Source: Escherichia phage vB_EcoM-G157lw. Taken from it: a stretch of DNA of 64,000 bases. Where the stretch lies: the sequence record OK331996.1; one strand, given 5' to 3'. Under the pieces are notes generated by a model. The model had not been told where the DNA came from, made no database searches, and saw only the letters and a program-made list of their open reading frames with translations. Position 1 is the stretch's first letter. Each line of letters begins with the position of its first letter. The position numbers and the translations under genes were made by a program. Positions 1-10,798 of the stretch are shown here, piece after piece.

Positions 1-162
1 AGCATTATAAGTTTTCCAGGCACCAGCTGAATATGGAACATCACCGTCACCAAGCTCGTAATAAAGCTCATCAAAGTTTTCATTTATTTTTATACCACCT
101 TTACGCAGGTAGTCACCGGTACCATCATCTACAACATTACCGATATTAATATTTTGTTTCAT
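1..162 (-). CDS. 10: baseplate wedge subunit gp10, N-terminal 54 codons (gene continues past window start)
   Basis: ATG at 162-160 overlaps gp9 stop (TAATG); reads MKQNINIGNVVDDGTGDYLRKGG...; T4 order 9-10. Confidence 0.7.
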   Translation of the reverse strand, partial: MKQNINIGNVVDDGTGDYLRKGGIKINENFDELYYELGDGDVPYSAGAWKTYNA

Positions 163-1028
163 TATTGAGCCACCCCGATTTTCTGCGTAGCGATAACTTT
201 AACTGCTGCTCTCATACCGACAGTTGAAGAACTTATAGTCGCCGTTACATAATTTTCTTTAATACTAAATGCAATATTAGCGATTTCGTCTTCTTCGGTT
301 TCATTCCCAACTCGCATGACAGCATATTCAGAAGAAATGACCTCTGAATTAACAATATCCACAAGAATATTTATTTCTGCTGTTTTAATTTTTCTTCCAT
401 CTGCTGACTGGCATGTAACTAACAATTTAGCCATGTTATATTCAGTGCGATGAAACAATGGAATGTCAACTGATCCAGATGTAGAAATATTCCACGTACC
501 TTCAACTGGTGATTCCTTTTGACCAAACATGCTTTCAATAGAATAATTCCAAACCGACGTAGAATTATCAGATGAAATACAGCGTAAAGTAACTTTACTA
601 TATGGAGTAGTTACTACCAAATTACCTGAAACACCTTTAATTGAATCAATAGCCTGAATCGTTAAAGGATTAGTAACTGATATTGATCCATTAGAATTAA
701 TGAATTCAACACAATCGCCAAGTTCTCCTCTTTCAATGATAACTTTAACACCTACAGTAGAGGTATCAATATCATGTCTAGTGCCAACTTTTACTGGAGT
801 TGCATACTCAGCAATAGAGTGTTTTTGATAATATCCAGTAGCATGGATAATTTGACCATCAGCTCCGGTGCCATTTGCTACTGCCATTTTACGCTGATCG
901 CCAAACGCATTATAAATTGCGTTAAAATCACTATTAATTTTATTACCACCGTCGAATAAGATATCACCAGTAGAAGCGTTACCAATTTCGCCGGTATCAA
1001 TCAATTTCTTTGGTTCTTGAATGAACAT
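162..1028 (-). CDS. 9: baseplate wedge / long tail fiber connector gp9
   Basis: 288 aa, MFIQEPKKLIDTGEIGN... matches T4 gp9 size and synteny. Confidence 0.9.
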   Translation of the reverse strand: MFIQEPKKLIDTGEIGNASTGDILFDGGNKINSDFNAIYNAFGDQRKMAVANGTGADGQIIHATGYYQKHSIAEYATPVKVGTRHDIDTSTVGVKVIIERGELGDCVEFINSNGSISVTNPLTIQAIDSIKGVSGNLVVTTPYSKVTLRCISSDNSTSVWNYSIESMFGQKESPVEGTWNISTSGSVDIPLFHRTEYNMAKLLVTCQSADGRKIKTAEINILVDIVNSEVISSEYAVMRVGNETEEDEIANIAFSIKENYVTATISSSTVGMRAAVKVIATQKIGVAQ

Positions 1029-1052
1029 AGCGGTTTCCTTATGAGTTTATAG

Positions 1053-1060
1053 TATTTATA
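1053..1060 (-). promoter_or_regulatory. T4-type late promoter TATAAATA (minus strand) upstream of gene 9
   Basis: plus-strand TATTTATA about 25 nt upstream of gp9 ATG. Confidence 0.6.
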
Positions 1061-1087
1061 AAGAAAAAGGGAGCCCATGGGCTCCCT
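1060..1087 (-). terminator. palindromic GC hairpin with T-run after gene 8
   Basis: GGGAGCCCATGGGCTCCC followed on minus strand by CTTTTTCTTT. Confidence 0.5.
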
Positions 1088-1091
1088 TAAT

Positions 1092-2096
1092 TTAAAATGT
1101 AAACAGAATATTGATTTCTTCTGTTTGATCCATTGCCATAATAATAGGTGGCCTATTTTCCATATAAATCATTTCACCCGAATGCCTCATTAAATCTTCT
1201 GGGTCATAATAATCCTTTTCAGCTTTAACGTTTGGGTCATTTGGATGAGCTTTAGCTTCAAGAGGATTCGTAATTATTGATATTTGTCTAAATCCTTTAT
1301 TTCCCGGCAATGCAGCTTCAGGAAAATAAACTGAATCTAAATATGCTTTAAAACGGATAGTATTTGCCTTAACACGGTAAATTAATCCAAAATCATCTTG
1401 TTGCCAAGTGAGATTATCTTCATACCCCCATCTAGTCGGGTCTTCTTTTAATTCCTCAGGCCAAGGAACCACGATATATTCATTCGTGCATCTATTTATA
1501 GATACATCAGGCGGAATCTCAAAAAGATATTCCCACACATACCCGTCTCCGGGTTCAATTGTTCCTTCAGCATCTCCTCGGCCTTCAGGCGGAGTCATTG
1601 ACCTAACAGAAGGTGTCCATTTTCCACCTAATTTGAGGCATTCATCCTTATCAGTTAAAGATGTTATTGAACACATTCCAGTATCAGGAACATCTAAACA
1701 ACGATATACTAACCAGCCTGCGCCTGATTCAGTAGCATTGTAAGGAGCTGAGTTACACACTACAATATCGTTAATTCTAAATGTGTATGGATCCGGATAT
1801 CTAGTATCTCCCCAATCTCGACGAGGAATAACAGCATCAAGCATTGATGGAAGAACCTTTACTGTTCCCATCATATGCGTCCACATGTCAGTTACGCCTA
1901 ATACAGAATCAGTTGGATAAGGTGGGGCAAAGCCCACCTCATTTTCATTTGATGACCACGGTTCTGATCTTCCAAATGTGATAAAGATAGTGTTTTTATC
2001 CGGACCACTTCCAATTGAATTATAAAAATTCAACATTTTTTCTGTTCTAAATTTTGAAGTAACTATCGCACGATAGATAACACTTGAATCATTCAT
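1092..2096 (-). CDS. 8: baseplate wedge subunit gp8
   Basis: 334 aa, size and position as T4 gp8. Confidence 0.9.
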   Translation of the reverse strand: MNDSSVIYRAIVTSKFRTEKMLNFYNSIGSGPDKNTIFITFGRSEPWSSNENEVGFAPPYPTDSVLGVTDMWTHMMGTVKVLPSMLDAVIPRRDWGDTRYPDPYTFRINDIVVCNSAPYNATESGAGWLVYRCLDVPDTGMCSITSLTDKDECLKLGGKWTPSVRSMTPPEGRGDAEGTIEPGDGYVWEYLFEIPPDVSINRCTNEYIVVPWPEELKEDPTRWGYEDNLTWQQDDFGLIYRVKANTIRFKAYLDSVYFPEAALPGNKGFRQISIITNPLEAKAHPNDPNVKAEKDYYDPEDLMRHSGEMIYMENRPPIIMAMDQTEEINILFTF

Positions 2097-5000
2097 CTAT
2101 TTTAACCTGTGTTGGATTTTCAGGGTCTCTTGGATTTCCTATATTATCTTTTAGACGTTTATTAACTAAATCTCTAAATTGCGCAAATGTTGTTCCAGAT
2201 GCATCAAATAAAGGACTCATTAATTTACGTCGTTCAGACGGCAATTGACCTTGAAATATTGAATTATTATTTTCAGCATTATAGTCATCAGGAAGAGGAT
2301 ATTCTACACCAGCCATTGGGCCAGGCTCATAAATTGCTTCGCCTGTTACTGAATCATGCTCAATTTCACCGGTTGGAGTTAATTTAGCTACTCTATCAGC
2401 ATATTCAGTAGGCAATCCAGAATCCCATTTATAGTTTTTGTATTTATTAATTATAGTCTCTGTGTGTTTAAGAGTTAAACCAACATTAATAAACATCGTT
2501 AAAAGGGTAATTGCTATAAATCCAAATCCTACTGGATGAACAAAACGAATAACGTCAGATTTCCAACGGGAAGAAGGTAAATTGGATTTAATTTTCATTA
2601 CATAGTATGATCTACTTCTATTAATATAGTCTATATTGTTTTGAAGCAAATCCTTTCCTTTAACCCCACGAATAATTTCGCCTTCAAAACCAGGGAGTCT
2701 TTCTGCTTTAACTTCTTGACCAGCAATTAATCGTCCTAAAAGATTATGAATAGTTACGGTCCATTGCAATTTACCATTAGAATAGCTTCTTTCTATATAA
2801 GTAACATTACATCTTCCTGTTGCCGTATAAATCGTTTGTCCTACTAAATCTTCAGTCAAAGAATCAGATTGAACGATTATGTCATATTCAGTACCGGCCC
2901 CAGATTCAATTTCAATTTCAACTTCTTCATTATAAAGAACTTTAAAAAGAAACTTGTATGATGCTTCAATTCCTTTAGTAGAATAAAAATCATAGCTACG
3001 TGATTCAAAGAATCTCGCAACAGCATCACGTTTATCAGCATTTAAATAAATGTTTCTTTTATATATCTCTGACCACAAATATTCCCACGCATGCTCTTCT
3101 CGTGGATATTGGTTACGAATTAAATTTCGTAAATTGTTATACTGAGTTCCATATCCGTCAGAAAGATATTGAATATATGCTTCACAAAATGCCTCAAAAT
3201 TAGAATCTTGTAACAAGTAAGAATCAGGCATCATTGTGCCAATCAATGGTCTTAAATCAGGGTCAGCTAATCCACGTTCTTCTTCTGGTGACCAAGGAGT
3301 TTCGCGCTCTTGGTTTTGTAAAAATGCTTTTAAAAATACTTCAGTTGGCTTCCAAATAATTTCTACTGTATCTCTCACACGATAGTTAAAATCATAATAA
3401 GAAATTATTTCGCCAGAAGATTTGTAGAAAAGCATTCCTGATGCGTATTTTTTAAATCCGGTGAATTTAACATTTGGCATTACTATCGTGCAATCACCAT
3501 CATCCCAGTATTCATGAACTAATCTATCTGGTGATGTTTCTGGAATATTTTCTATAACTTTAGTGTATTTTAAATCAGCATAAACTACTACAGCTCTATC
3601 AGAGTTGTTTATCCAACATCGTGTGTTAGATTTTTTAGACCAGTTAAAGAACGGTTCTGCGTAGTATTTCATTGGTTGAGGAGTAAAAGTCTCCCAATCA
3701 GATTTTTCATCCGCTATAAATGCCATCATATGATAATGCTTATCAGCTAACCATTCACGAGGAAATTCATATTTAACAGCACCGATTAACTGATATTTCA
3801 CCACAGTTTCAGGGTCATTAACAATGTTATCACTTAAAAATTTAAAATTACTCGAAGATAGAGAAACTAATTTACCGTCAGTTGACATATTCGCATATCC
3901 GGGTTGAATACGTCTTCTTTCTTCTTCGGTATTACCGAAAACTCTTTTCCACGTTTTCGTATCATGGTTTAAAACATATATTCCTTTATCAGCAGAATCA
4001 ATTATTTTTGATGTTCTAGGATTGGCATTTAATGTTTCAACTTCACCAATAATAAGAGCAAAAACTTTATCACCAACAGAATCCATTTTATAGCATACTG
4101 CTTTAGGATTTCCGGTTATAGTCATGGTATCAGGTTCAAAAAGTCTTTCCGAATATGTTGGAGATAATGGATCAGAATCTATAGGTGCATTACTCGTTTT
4201 TATGTATCTAACTTTGTCTCTGGCGACAACGTAAATGTAATCATCGGTGCAAGTAATAGCTTCTGCAATGCGGTATACATTCGCTGGTAAAGTCGCATAA
4301 GTGGCAAAAATTTCTACATCAAATCCTAAATGTAATTGGTCGCCAAGTTTAGCGAATGTTATATCCTGTGAACTGAATCTGACATCATCAGCTGACCATC
4401 TAACATCAGTAGATTTGCGGCCATAGAAAATCTTGTCGTATCCTAGAACGTATGTAGTGTTCGCAGATTGGTAATATACTGTCTTAGATAAAGGATATCC
4501 TACACGGTCATTGAAGAGCTTTACAGCTTTCCAGGTTTGTCCTTTATCATTAGATACTTTAACCACGGGTTGATAACGCTCAAAAAGATATAGAATCCCT
4601 TCTGATTCCATCAAATAAACTCGGTTAATATCCTTACATACTTGCTGAATGGAACCTTGTATTTCATGATACTCATTTTCACCAATAATAAAATTACTGA
4701 TTGATGAAACATCAACATATGATGGGCTGAATTGGAACGATTCATTCATCAATGCAGCCATTATAGTGTCATTATTAAAATTGACATAATTAGAATTGTT
4801 AAGAGTAAACTTTTCCTGAATGAATTTATTGGCTAATTGCATTTCAATCATGTTTTGAAATGTGTAAGCATTCGTAGCAAAAGTTTCAAACTCTTCAGTA
4901 TAAATCCAATCAGACTGCTCAAAATCCTGCGCAGCTGTAGCTACTCTAATAATGTACGATGTTAATGGATTAGCATTATCAAAAAAGAAGCTGTTATTTG

Positions 5001-5187
5001 CAGTATATCCTAAGTTAATCCATCTGTATTGATTGCTCGGGAGATTTTCTCCCGAGTTTGTTTTTGTCTCAGCGATTTCTACAAAATAGTAGAAATTAGC
5101 ACCAACGTCATCCCAGCGTACTTGCACCTGATTTGCGGATAACTTGGAAATTCTGAGACTAGTGACTGAAGGTGCTTTTACTGTCAT
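2089..5187 (-). CDS. 7: baseplate wedge initiator gp7
   Basis: 1032 aa, size and position as T4 gp7. Confidence 0.9.
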   Translation of the reverse strand: MTVKAPSVTSLRISKLSANQVQVRWDDVGANFYYFVEIAETKTNSGENLPSNQYRWINLGYTANNSFFFDNANPLTSYIIRVATAAQDFEQSDWIYTEEFETFATNAYTFQNMIEMQLANKFIQEKFTLNNSNYVNFNNDTIMAALMNESFQFSPSYVDVSSISNFIIGENEYHEIQGSIQQVCKDINRVYLMESEGILYLFERYQPVVKVSNDKGQTWKAVKLFNDRVGYPLSKTVYYQSANTTYVLGYDKIFYGRKSTDVRWSADDVRFSSQDITFAKLGDQLHLGFDVEIFATYATLPANVYRIAEAITCTDDYIYVVARDKVRYIKTSNAPIDSDPLSPTYSERLFEPDTMTITGNPKAVCYKMDSVGDKVFALIIGEVETLNANPRTSKIIDSADKGIYVLNHDTKTWKRVFGNTEEERRRIQPGYANMSTDGKLVSLSSSNFKFLSDNIVNDPETVVKYQLIGAVKYEFPREWLADKHYHMMAFIADEKSDWETFTPQPMKYYAEPFFNWSKKSNTRCWINNSDRAVVVYADLKYTKVIENIPETSPDRLVHEYWDDGDCTIVMPNVKFTGFKKYASGMLFYKSSGEIISYYDFNYRVRDTVEIIWKPTEVFLKAFLQNQERETPWSPEEERGLADPDLRPLIGTMMPDSYLLQDSNFEAFCEAYIQYLSDGYGTQYNNLRNLIRNQYPREEHAWEYLWSEIYKRNIYLNADKRDAVARFFESRSYDFYSTKGIEASYKFLFKVLYNEEVEIEIESGAGTEYDIIVQSDSLTEDLVGQTIYTATGRCNVTYIERSYSNGKLQWTVTIHNLLGRLIAGQEVKAERLPGFEGEIIRGVKGKDLLQNNIDYINRSRSYYVMKIKSNLPSSRWKSDVIRFVHPVGFGFIAITLLTMFINVGLTLKHTETIINKYKNYKWDSGLPTEYADRVAKLTPTGEIEHDSVTGEAIYEPGPMAGVEYPLPDDYNAENNNSIFQGQLPSERRKLMSPLFDASGTTFAQFRDLVNKRLKDNIGNPRDPENPTQVKIDE

Positions 5188-7166
5188 TGTGATATAGGCT
5201 CCAAATCGATAGTTAAGTATTGTGGACGTAAATCATTTTCAAATACAATCAGTGAACCATCGCGCGTGAAAATAACATCGTCTATTGGATCAGAATATAG
5301 CTCAATAGTCTGAACCTCAAATTTATCGGATGTTAAATTAATTTTAGCGATATTCCAATAAATCATGTCAGCTGGATAATTTATTTCACCGATAACATAG
5401 TATTTGTCACGTCCATCGGAACTTGCTAATTTATTAAAATCATTGCCTGTATATGGCTGAATGTTTTCATTTTCTGTAACATCGCCAGAAGCAAATGGAC
5501 CAATAATAACTTTGCCAATTCCTTTAGAATCTCGGTCTGTTGATACTATATGAACGTCATATAATACATCTTCTTCTAAACCAGTATCAGGATTTACAAC
5601 CTTTCGTCCAGAATTAAATGAAAACGTATTAGATTCCATAGAACGATCTTTTATTTGATTATTGTATTTAATACCCGCTTCAGGCGTTTTATAGAAGTTT
5701 TGTACTTCACGAACCATTTGAATAGTCGCTGATGAACCAATGACAGAATGATCTGCATCATCTACATATGTCAACATCTTAGATTTAGCGAAAGATGAGT
5801 TAAAAATTTCTACATCTTCTGTATAATAGCGATCAATTTTATCAATTATTTGACCTTCAAGCCATTGCTCGGATTCTTGCAGTTTATTTAAAGCATATGT
5901 GACTTTTAAATTAGTCTTAATAAAAAGATAATTAGGAGAAATAATTGATGGCGTAATAGGAGCTAAATTATAGTCTTTGAGATAATTTTTAATATCTTCA
6001 CGCTGTACGGTAGTTAAATACAGACCTGATTTAGGTTTGGCAGCAATGAATGCATACCCAGGTTTAGTAGAATCAGTGAAAGTTTGAACAGCTTGAATAA
6101 TAGAACCAAATCTTTCTGAGACAAATGTATCATAATCTGTCGCAGTTACACATCGCTGCTGAGTTTCACGCTTAATAGTACCCAATTCACGAATACGTTC
6201 AATATCTTCTGGATCACCACCACCATCAGCACCAACAAAATCTGGGTCATCGTTTGGATTTTCATTAATATTGATGACAGTTATATTTGTTAATGTATCT
6301 GCATATGAAAATCCGACTGCGCCATTCGCATCTGCACCGTTAGTACTGATGTACTCAATAACAATCGTAGAGTTCTGGGTAGGTTTAAGACCTCCGATAT
6401 AATTAGCGGTCAAAGCTCCTTCAGAAGCATTAACAGAAATTTCACCTTCGCCAAAATAGAATTCAGTGTTTCCATCAATAGTTTCACGCATGTAGTAAAT
6501 TGTTGATGTAGAACCAGCATGGACCATTGACTTTCTTGTCCAGTTAATCCATTCCGCTCCATCAACATATAATTTAACCTGGTTTCTATCAATATTTTTA
6601 TCATAAATGATAATAGGTGTTAATTTATCATAAATGATTTCAGTTCTTACTATACGTCCCTGGGCCAATTTCAATCGTGGAAAATATTGGTTATTTTTAT
6701 CACGAATAGCAATAACATCTTCGGTAGATACAAAGTTATAAGGATTAACAGAAGTATCCTTTGCATATGCTAAAAAGCGAGTTCCGCGAGGAATAGTAAT
6801 GTAATTCCTATTCAATGCGTCGGTGCATGTTAACATAATTTCGGTCTGCGCAGCGGATTTTGAAGTAGGTAAATATCCGTTATCTTGTGCAGCTTGAACA
6901 ACTGAACTTCGTAAGTTAGCAGTACGCATAAAGCTTTCATACACAGCAGCATTACCAAACTGCTGAATGTACAGCGTATTATAAGCCAAAAGGTCGCACA
7001 GAACGTTTAATCTTGAGCCTTCAAAATCATAATCCAAAAATTCATTTTGGCCATTAAGCCATTCAATGAGGTTTTGTTTTATTTCAGCAAACGTACCCCC
7101 GACGAATATCTCGGGAATAGCATTTGCTGTTCTTGTTAATTGATAATTTACAGGGGTATTTGCCAT
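5184..7166 (-). CDS. 6: baseplate wedge subunit gp6
   Basis: 660 aa, size and position as T4 gp6. Confidence 0.9.
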   Translation of the reverse strand: MANTPVNYQLTRTANAIPEIFVGGTFAEIKQNLIEWLNGQNEFLDYDFEGSRLNVLCDLLAYNTLYIQQFGNAAVYESFMRTANLRSSVVQAAQDNGYLPTSKSAAQTEIMLTCTDALNRNYITIPRGTRFLAYAKDTSVNPYNFVSTEDVIAIRDKNNQYFPRLKLAQGRIVRTEIIYDKLTPIIIYDKNIDRNQVKLYVDGAEWINWTRKSMVHAGSTSTIYYMRETIDGNTEFYFGEGEISVNASEGALTANYIGGLKPTQNSTIVIEYISTNGADANGAVGFSYADTLTNITVININENPNDDPDFVGADGGGDPEDIERIRELGTIKRETQQRCVTATDYDTFVSERFGSIIQAVQTFTDSTKPGYAFIAAKPKSGLYLTTVQREDIKNYLKDYNLAPITPSIISPNYLFIKTNLKVTYALNKLQESEQWLEGQIIDKIDRYYTEDVEIFNSSFAKSKMLTYVDDADHSVIGSSATIQMVREVQNFYKTPEAGIKYNNQIKDRSMESNTFSFNSGRKVVNPDTGLEEDVLYDVHIVSTDRDSKGIGKVIIGPFASGDVTENENIQPYTGNDFNKLASSDGRDKYYVIGEINYPADMIYWNIAKINLTSDKFEVQTIELYSDPIDDVIFTRDGSLIVFENDLRPQYLTIDLEPISQ

Positions 7167-7174
7167 TTTAAATC

Positions 7175-7468
7175 CTATTTAATGAATACTTTAGATGATG
7201 CCTGAGCCACAGTATCACCGCATGATATTGGATCAGCCATTTGAACAGCTTTCTTTCCAGTGACATATACCTTAGAAGTTCTGGGTTGTGTCACTCCGCC
7301 ATGTGTTTCATATGGCTTTTTAATTTCTGTATGTTCTGTAATTGGATCGCCTGCTACTAGAACAGCAATTCCTCCAGTGAATACTTTACTTTGTGTAGCA
7401 TTCACAACTGTTGGAGGCCACGCTTCATGACCAGCAGTAACACATTTATCATAACTTAATCCTGACAT
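7175..7468 (-). CDS. 5.4: PAAR-like spike tip protein gp5.4
   Basis: 97 aa, Gly/Val/His-rich; position between gp5 and gp6. Confidence 0.75.
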
Positions 7469-8025
7469 TATTGCCTCTCATACACGTAGCTTCTCAGTTT
7501 ATTAGCCCAACGACTCCAATTTCCAACTATAGTTTTAGTATAATTTTTAACGAGAGTTTTTCTTATTGGAGCAGGAGGATCCGTTGGTTCAGTAGTATCA
7601 GAAGATGACCTAGAATTACTGCCAGAACCCCCAGATTCACTTTGTTCTTGGTAGTCATATATTAATGTTACTTCGTAAGTGAATGTCTTCTGGAGGTTTT
7701 GAGGAGCTTTCCATAGATATAACTGAGTATTAGAATCAGTTGGGAGGTCTTCCCATGAAGCAGCAGTTTTAAATTCATCGCCTAAACGATATTTCAACGC
7801 GTCATCTCCAAATCCAAACACAGATTCATATGTTCCATATAAGCGATTTTCTTCTACTAAAACCCCAGGAGTTTCTTCGTAACTAGTTATATTTATAGAT
7901 ACTAACGTTTCACCTGTTTCTAATTGAGCGGTAAAGGTGACGTCGATAGAAGAACCTTCCATGGATTCTCCTAAATCAGCGCTCATTGGAAGTATATTAG
8001 CCAATGTCAATCCTCGATCCATCAA
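7468..8025 (-). CDS. hypothetical protein (5.1-like position)
   Basis: 185 aa ORF between gp5 and gp5.4, start overlaps gp5 end. Confidence 0.6.
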
Positions 8026-9724
8026 TTGTGTATTGACCGGATGAAATAGAACTCATAGATGCCATTTTTTCTGTCCAATCACCACCAACGTCCCAATCAA
8101 CTGTCCCAGCAACTTTCCAAGAAAGATTTCCATTTACTGTATTAGTCTGATTTCCTTCAACTAAAGTGGTAGCATCTCCTTTAACTGTAATGTCAGCATT
8201 ACCTTCAACTACAATAGTAACATTACCTTTAACTAGGATAGTTCCATTACCTTCAACCGTCTTAGTTTCATCGCCACGTACAAATATTGTATTGCTTCCA
8301 TCTATTTGGTGAAGACGATTATCCATGTTGTAATAAATTTCTGATCCACCGACGTTAGTCTTTTTATCGCCGGCTACCAAAAAATTACCATCAGCGTTGG
8401 TTATATCATACAAATTATCAACAGTTTTTCTTGTTCTTCTCCCTGACGGTGATACTTCTTCATAAGTTCCAGTTGGATGAACTAATCTATATCGTTCTTG
8501 CCCAGGGGTATCATCAAATTCCTGAATATGTCCACTTTCAGTTTCCATTGTATGCACATACGGATATTCGCCTTTATATGAAGAAACTGGTTCTTTGAAT
8601 AAAATTCTTGAGTCATTTGGAATAGGAGGGTCAGCTGGATCAGAAGACTTCGCCACAGTAGCAGCCATTGCCGACAAAGACCTAGCTGGTGTTTTAACTT
8701 CAATACCATATGATTCCAAATTTCCGGTAAGAATAATCATGGTAACACGGGATGCACGGCCTTTTGTTTGTTGATACCACAACGAATCACGACCAGCTTT
8801 ATATGCTTTTTCCCAATCTCCTGCTAACATAGCAGTTAACATTGTGTTAAATTTAGCTACACCGCCAACACCCATCTGAAATGCCATATTTTCTAATGCC
8901 ATTTGACGAGAACGGTTGACAGCTTGCCAGACTGGTCCTACTTTAGAATGTGATTTAATGTCACGTTGCATATCAGCTAAATCACGTTCAAATAAAGTTA
9001 CCGCTTCTTCCATTGTAATAGAACCTGGATTTCCAGTAATTTCACGACCAACTTGTTTTGATAAAACTTTATTAATTTGAGCCATATCACGAACTGGCTG
9101 TTTCATGATAAGATGACCAATACCAATTGTCGGATATCCTTCAGTATCCCAATAAACTTTTAGTCTTAATCCTTCATCACGGCGAAGCATTTCAGCCATT
9201 GACATATTTGGATTATCATCAGTTGGAATCTCTGATAGTGGTCTATCATCGGGATTTATTGCGGTGTCTAAGTTACTATCTTGGATAACGTTAGAAGACG
9301 AATCATATCCTACTTCTCCGCCTTGGTTTAGTACGTTAGTATCATTTCCTAAACGTCTAGGATATTGTCCAGTTGGATCAGAAAATCCTTCAAGTCTATT
9401 CGGTTTTTCGCGAACTATTCCACCATACGTGCCAAGAACAATTCCGTTGGTTTTCCATTTGTCTAAAAAATGACCATAAACTCTAGTTCCTTCTACCGGT
9501 CCAGTAACGGAGCCTCCAATTCCAGACATTGCTGCAGAAGTTATAGGTTGAATAACTGACATCCATGGTAATTTTTCAGTTGGAATACCCATTACATCAC
9601 CTTGTGCTCTTTGAGGTGGATGCAGACCAACAACACGAACACGAACACGACCTAATTTTAATGGGTCCATTCTATCTTCAACAACACCAACAAACCAATT
9701 AAGGTTATTACTTATCATTTCCAT
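7997..9724 (-). CDS. 5: baseplate central spike and tail lysozyme gp5
   Basis: 575 aa; internal lysozyme domain EMLRRDEGLRLKVYWDTEGYPTIGIGH resembles gene e; C-terminal repeat VEGN..VKGN..VEGN beta-helix. Confidence 0.9.
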   Translation of the reverse strand: MEMISNNLNWFVGVVEDRMDPLKLGRVRVRVVGLHPPQRAQGDVMGIPTEKLPWMSVIQPITSAAMSGIGGSVTGPVEGTRVYGHFLDKWKTNGIVLGTYGGIVREKPNRLEGFSDPTGQYPRRLGNDTNVLNQGGEVGYDSSSNVIQDSNLDTAINPDDRPLSEIPTDDNPNMSMAEMLRRDEGLRLKVYWDTEGYPTIGIGHLIMKQPVRDMAQINKVLSKQVGREITGNPGSITMEEAVTLFERDLADMQRDIKSHSKVGPVWQAVNRSRQMALENMAFQMGVGGVAKFNTMLTAMLAGDWEKAYKAGRDSLWYQQTKGRASRVTMIILTGNLESYGIEVKTPARSLSAMAATVAKSSDPADPPIPNDSRILFKEPVSSYKGEYPYVHTMETESGHIQEFDDTPGQERYRLVHPTGTYEEVSPSGRRTRKTVDNLYDITNADGNFLVAGDKKTNVGGSEIYYNMDNRLHQIDGSNTIFVRGDETKTVEGNGTILVKGNVTIVVEGNADITVKGDATTLVEGNQTNTVNGNLSWKVAGTVDWDVGGDWTEKMASMSSISSGQYTIDGSRIDIG

Positions 9725-10298
9725 AAGATTTCTCCATTATACGTATAAGGTCGTTCATAAATGAATTAATGTCTGATTTTGCTATTATTTTTATTTGACG
9801 AAGTTTTTCATTTTCAAGAACAGCAGCTTCATACGTATTAACAGCAGCAAGCGCTCCTTCATATTGAGGATATTTTTTAGCTTTATCGCCTTTATCATAC
9901 CAAACATATGGATTATCATCGTATGATATTAAATTGTAAAATTTTTCACCGTTCTCATTCACATGATATACTATTTGGTCTCCACCTACGTTTTTGTATT
10001 TTTGTATAGATGCTTGATAAGCAGCTTCTTGCGAAGTAATCCATCCATAATATGGATCATAATTATCATTACACATCAATAAAACCCAATACAACTGTGG
10101 ATTTCCATATATAGTATTTGCTAATTCTTCCGGGCGTGGTGAACCTTTGATATAATAAGTACGTAAGCGGTATCCCGCAAGAGCGCGTTTAAAATAGTCT
10201 TTATAGTTTCTAAAAATATCTGTCATAGGAATAGTCGGCGCGTTTTTATTCACCGTTTTGGCCGCATATTCAATCGGATCAAAAAATGTAAAGAGCAT
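9708..10298 (-). CDS. 53: baseplate wedge subunit gp53
   Basis: 196 aa, size and synteny. Confidence 0.85.
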   Translation of the reverse strand: MLFTFFDPIEYAAKTVNKNAPTIPMTDIFRNYKDYFKRALAGYRLRTYYIKGSPRPEELANTIYGNPQLYWVLLMCNDNYDPYYGWITSQEAAYQASIQKYKNVGGDQIVYHVNENGEKFYNLISYDDNPYVWYDKGDKAKKYPQYEGALAAVNTYEAAVLENEKLRQIKIIAKSDINSFMNDLIRIMEKSYGNDK

Positions 10299-10311
10299 GG
10301 GCCCTCCTGTT

Positions 10312-10319
10312 TATAAATA
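10312..10319 (+). promoter_or_regulatory. late promoter TATAAATA for gene 4
   Basis: exact TATAAATA 26 nt upstream of ATG 10346. Confidence 0.6.
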
Positions 10320-10326
10320 TATTATC

Positions 10327-10334
10327 TATTTATA
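10327..10334 (-). promoter_or_regulatory. late promoter TATAAATA (minus strand) for gene 53
   Basis: plus-strand TATTTATA about 30 nt upstream of gp53 start; divergent with the gene 4 promoter. Confidence 0.55.
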
Positions 10335-10345
10335 AGGAGAATCCA

Positions 10346-10798
10346 ATGGCATATTCTGGAAAATGGGTTCCTAAAAATATATCAAAATATAGAGGTGACC
10401 CTAAAAAAATTACGTATAGATCAAATTGGGAAAAATTCTTTTTTGAATGGTTAGATAAAAATCCAGAAATTATTGCATGGGGTAGTGAAACAGCAGTAAT
10501 TCCTTATTTTTGTAATGCAGAAGGGAAAAAACGTAGATACTTCATGGATATTTGGATGAAAGATTCTTCTGGACAAGAATTTTTTATTGAAATAAAACCT
10601 AAAAAAGAAACACAACCACCAGTTAAACCAGCACATCTAACAACTGCAGCGAAGAAAAGATTTATGAATGAAATTTATACCTGGTCTGTGAACACTGACA
10701 AATGGAAAGCAGCACAATCTTTAGCTGAAAAGCGTGGAATAAAATTTAGAATTCTAACAGAAGATGGATTACGAGCTCTTGGCTTTAAGGGGGCATAA
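10346..10798 (+). CDS. 4: head completion protein gp4
   Basis: 150 aa, RBS AAGGAG, synteny. Confidence 0.85.

Noticed and set aside
774-959. Short plus-strand ORFs antisense to the baseplate genes (774-959, 1408-1743, 2187-2387, 3000-3203, 9264-9473) and minus-strand ORFs inside them (6410-6604, 8482-8709)
   Set aside because: They lie wholly inside long, well-supported structural genes on the opposite strand or another frame, have no RBS, and look like AT-rich chance ORFs.
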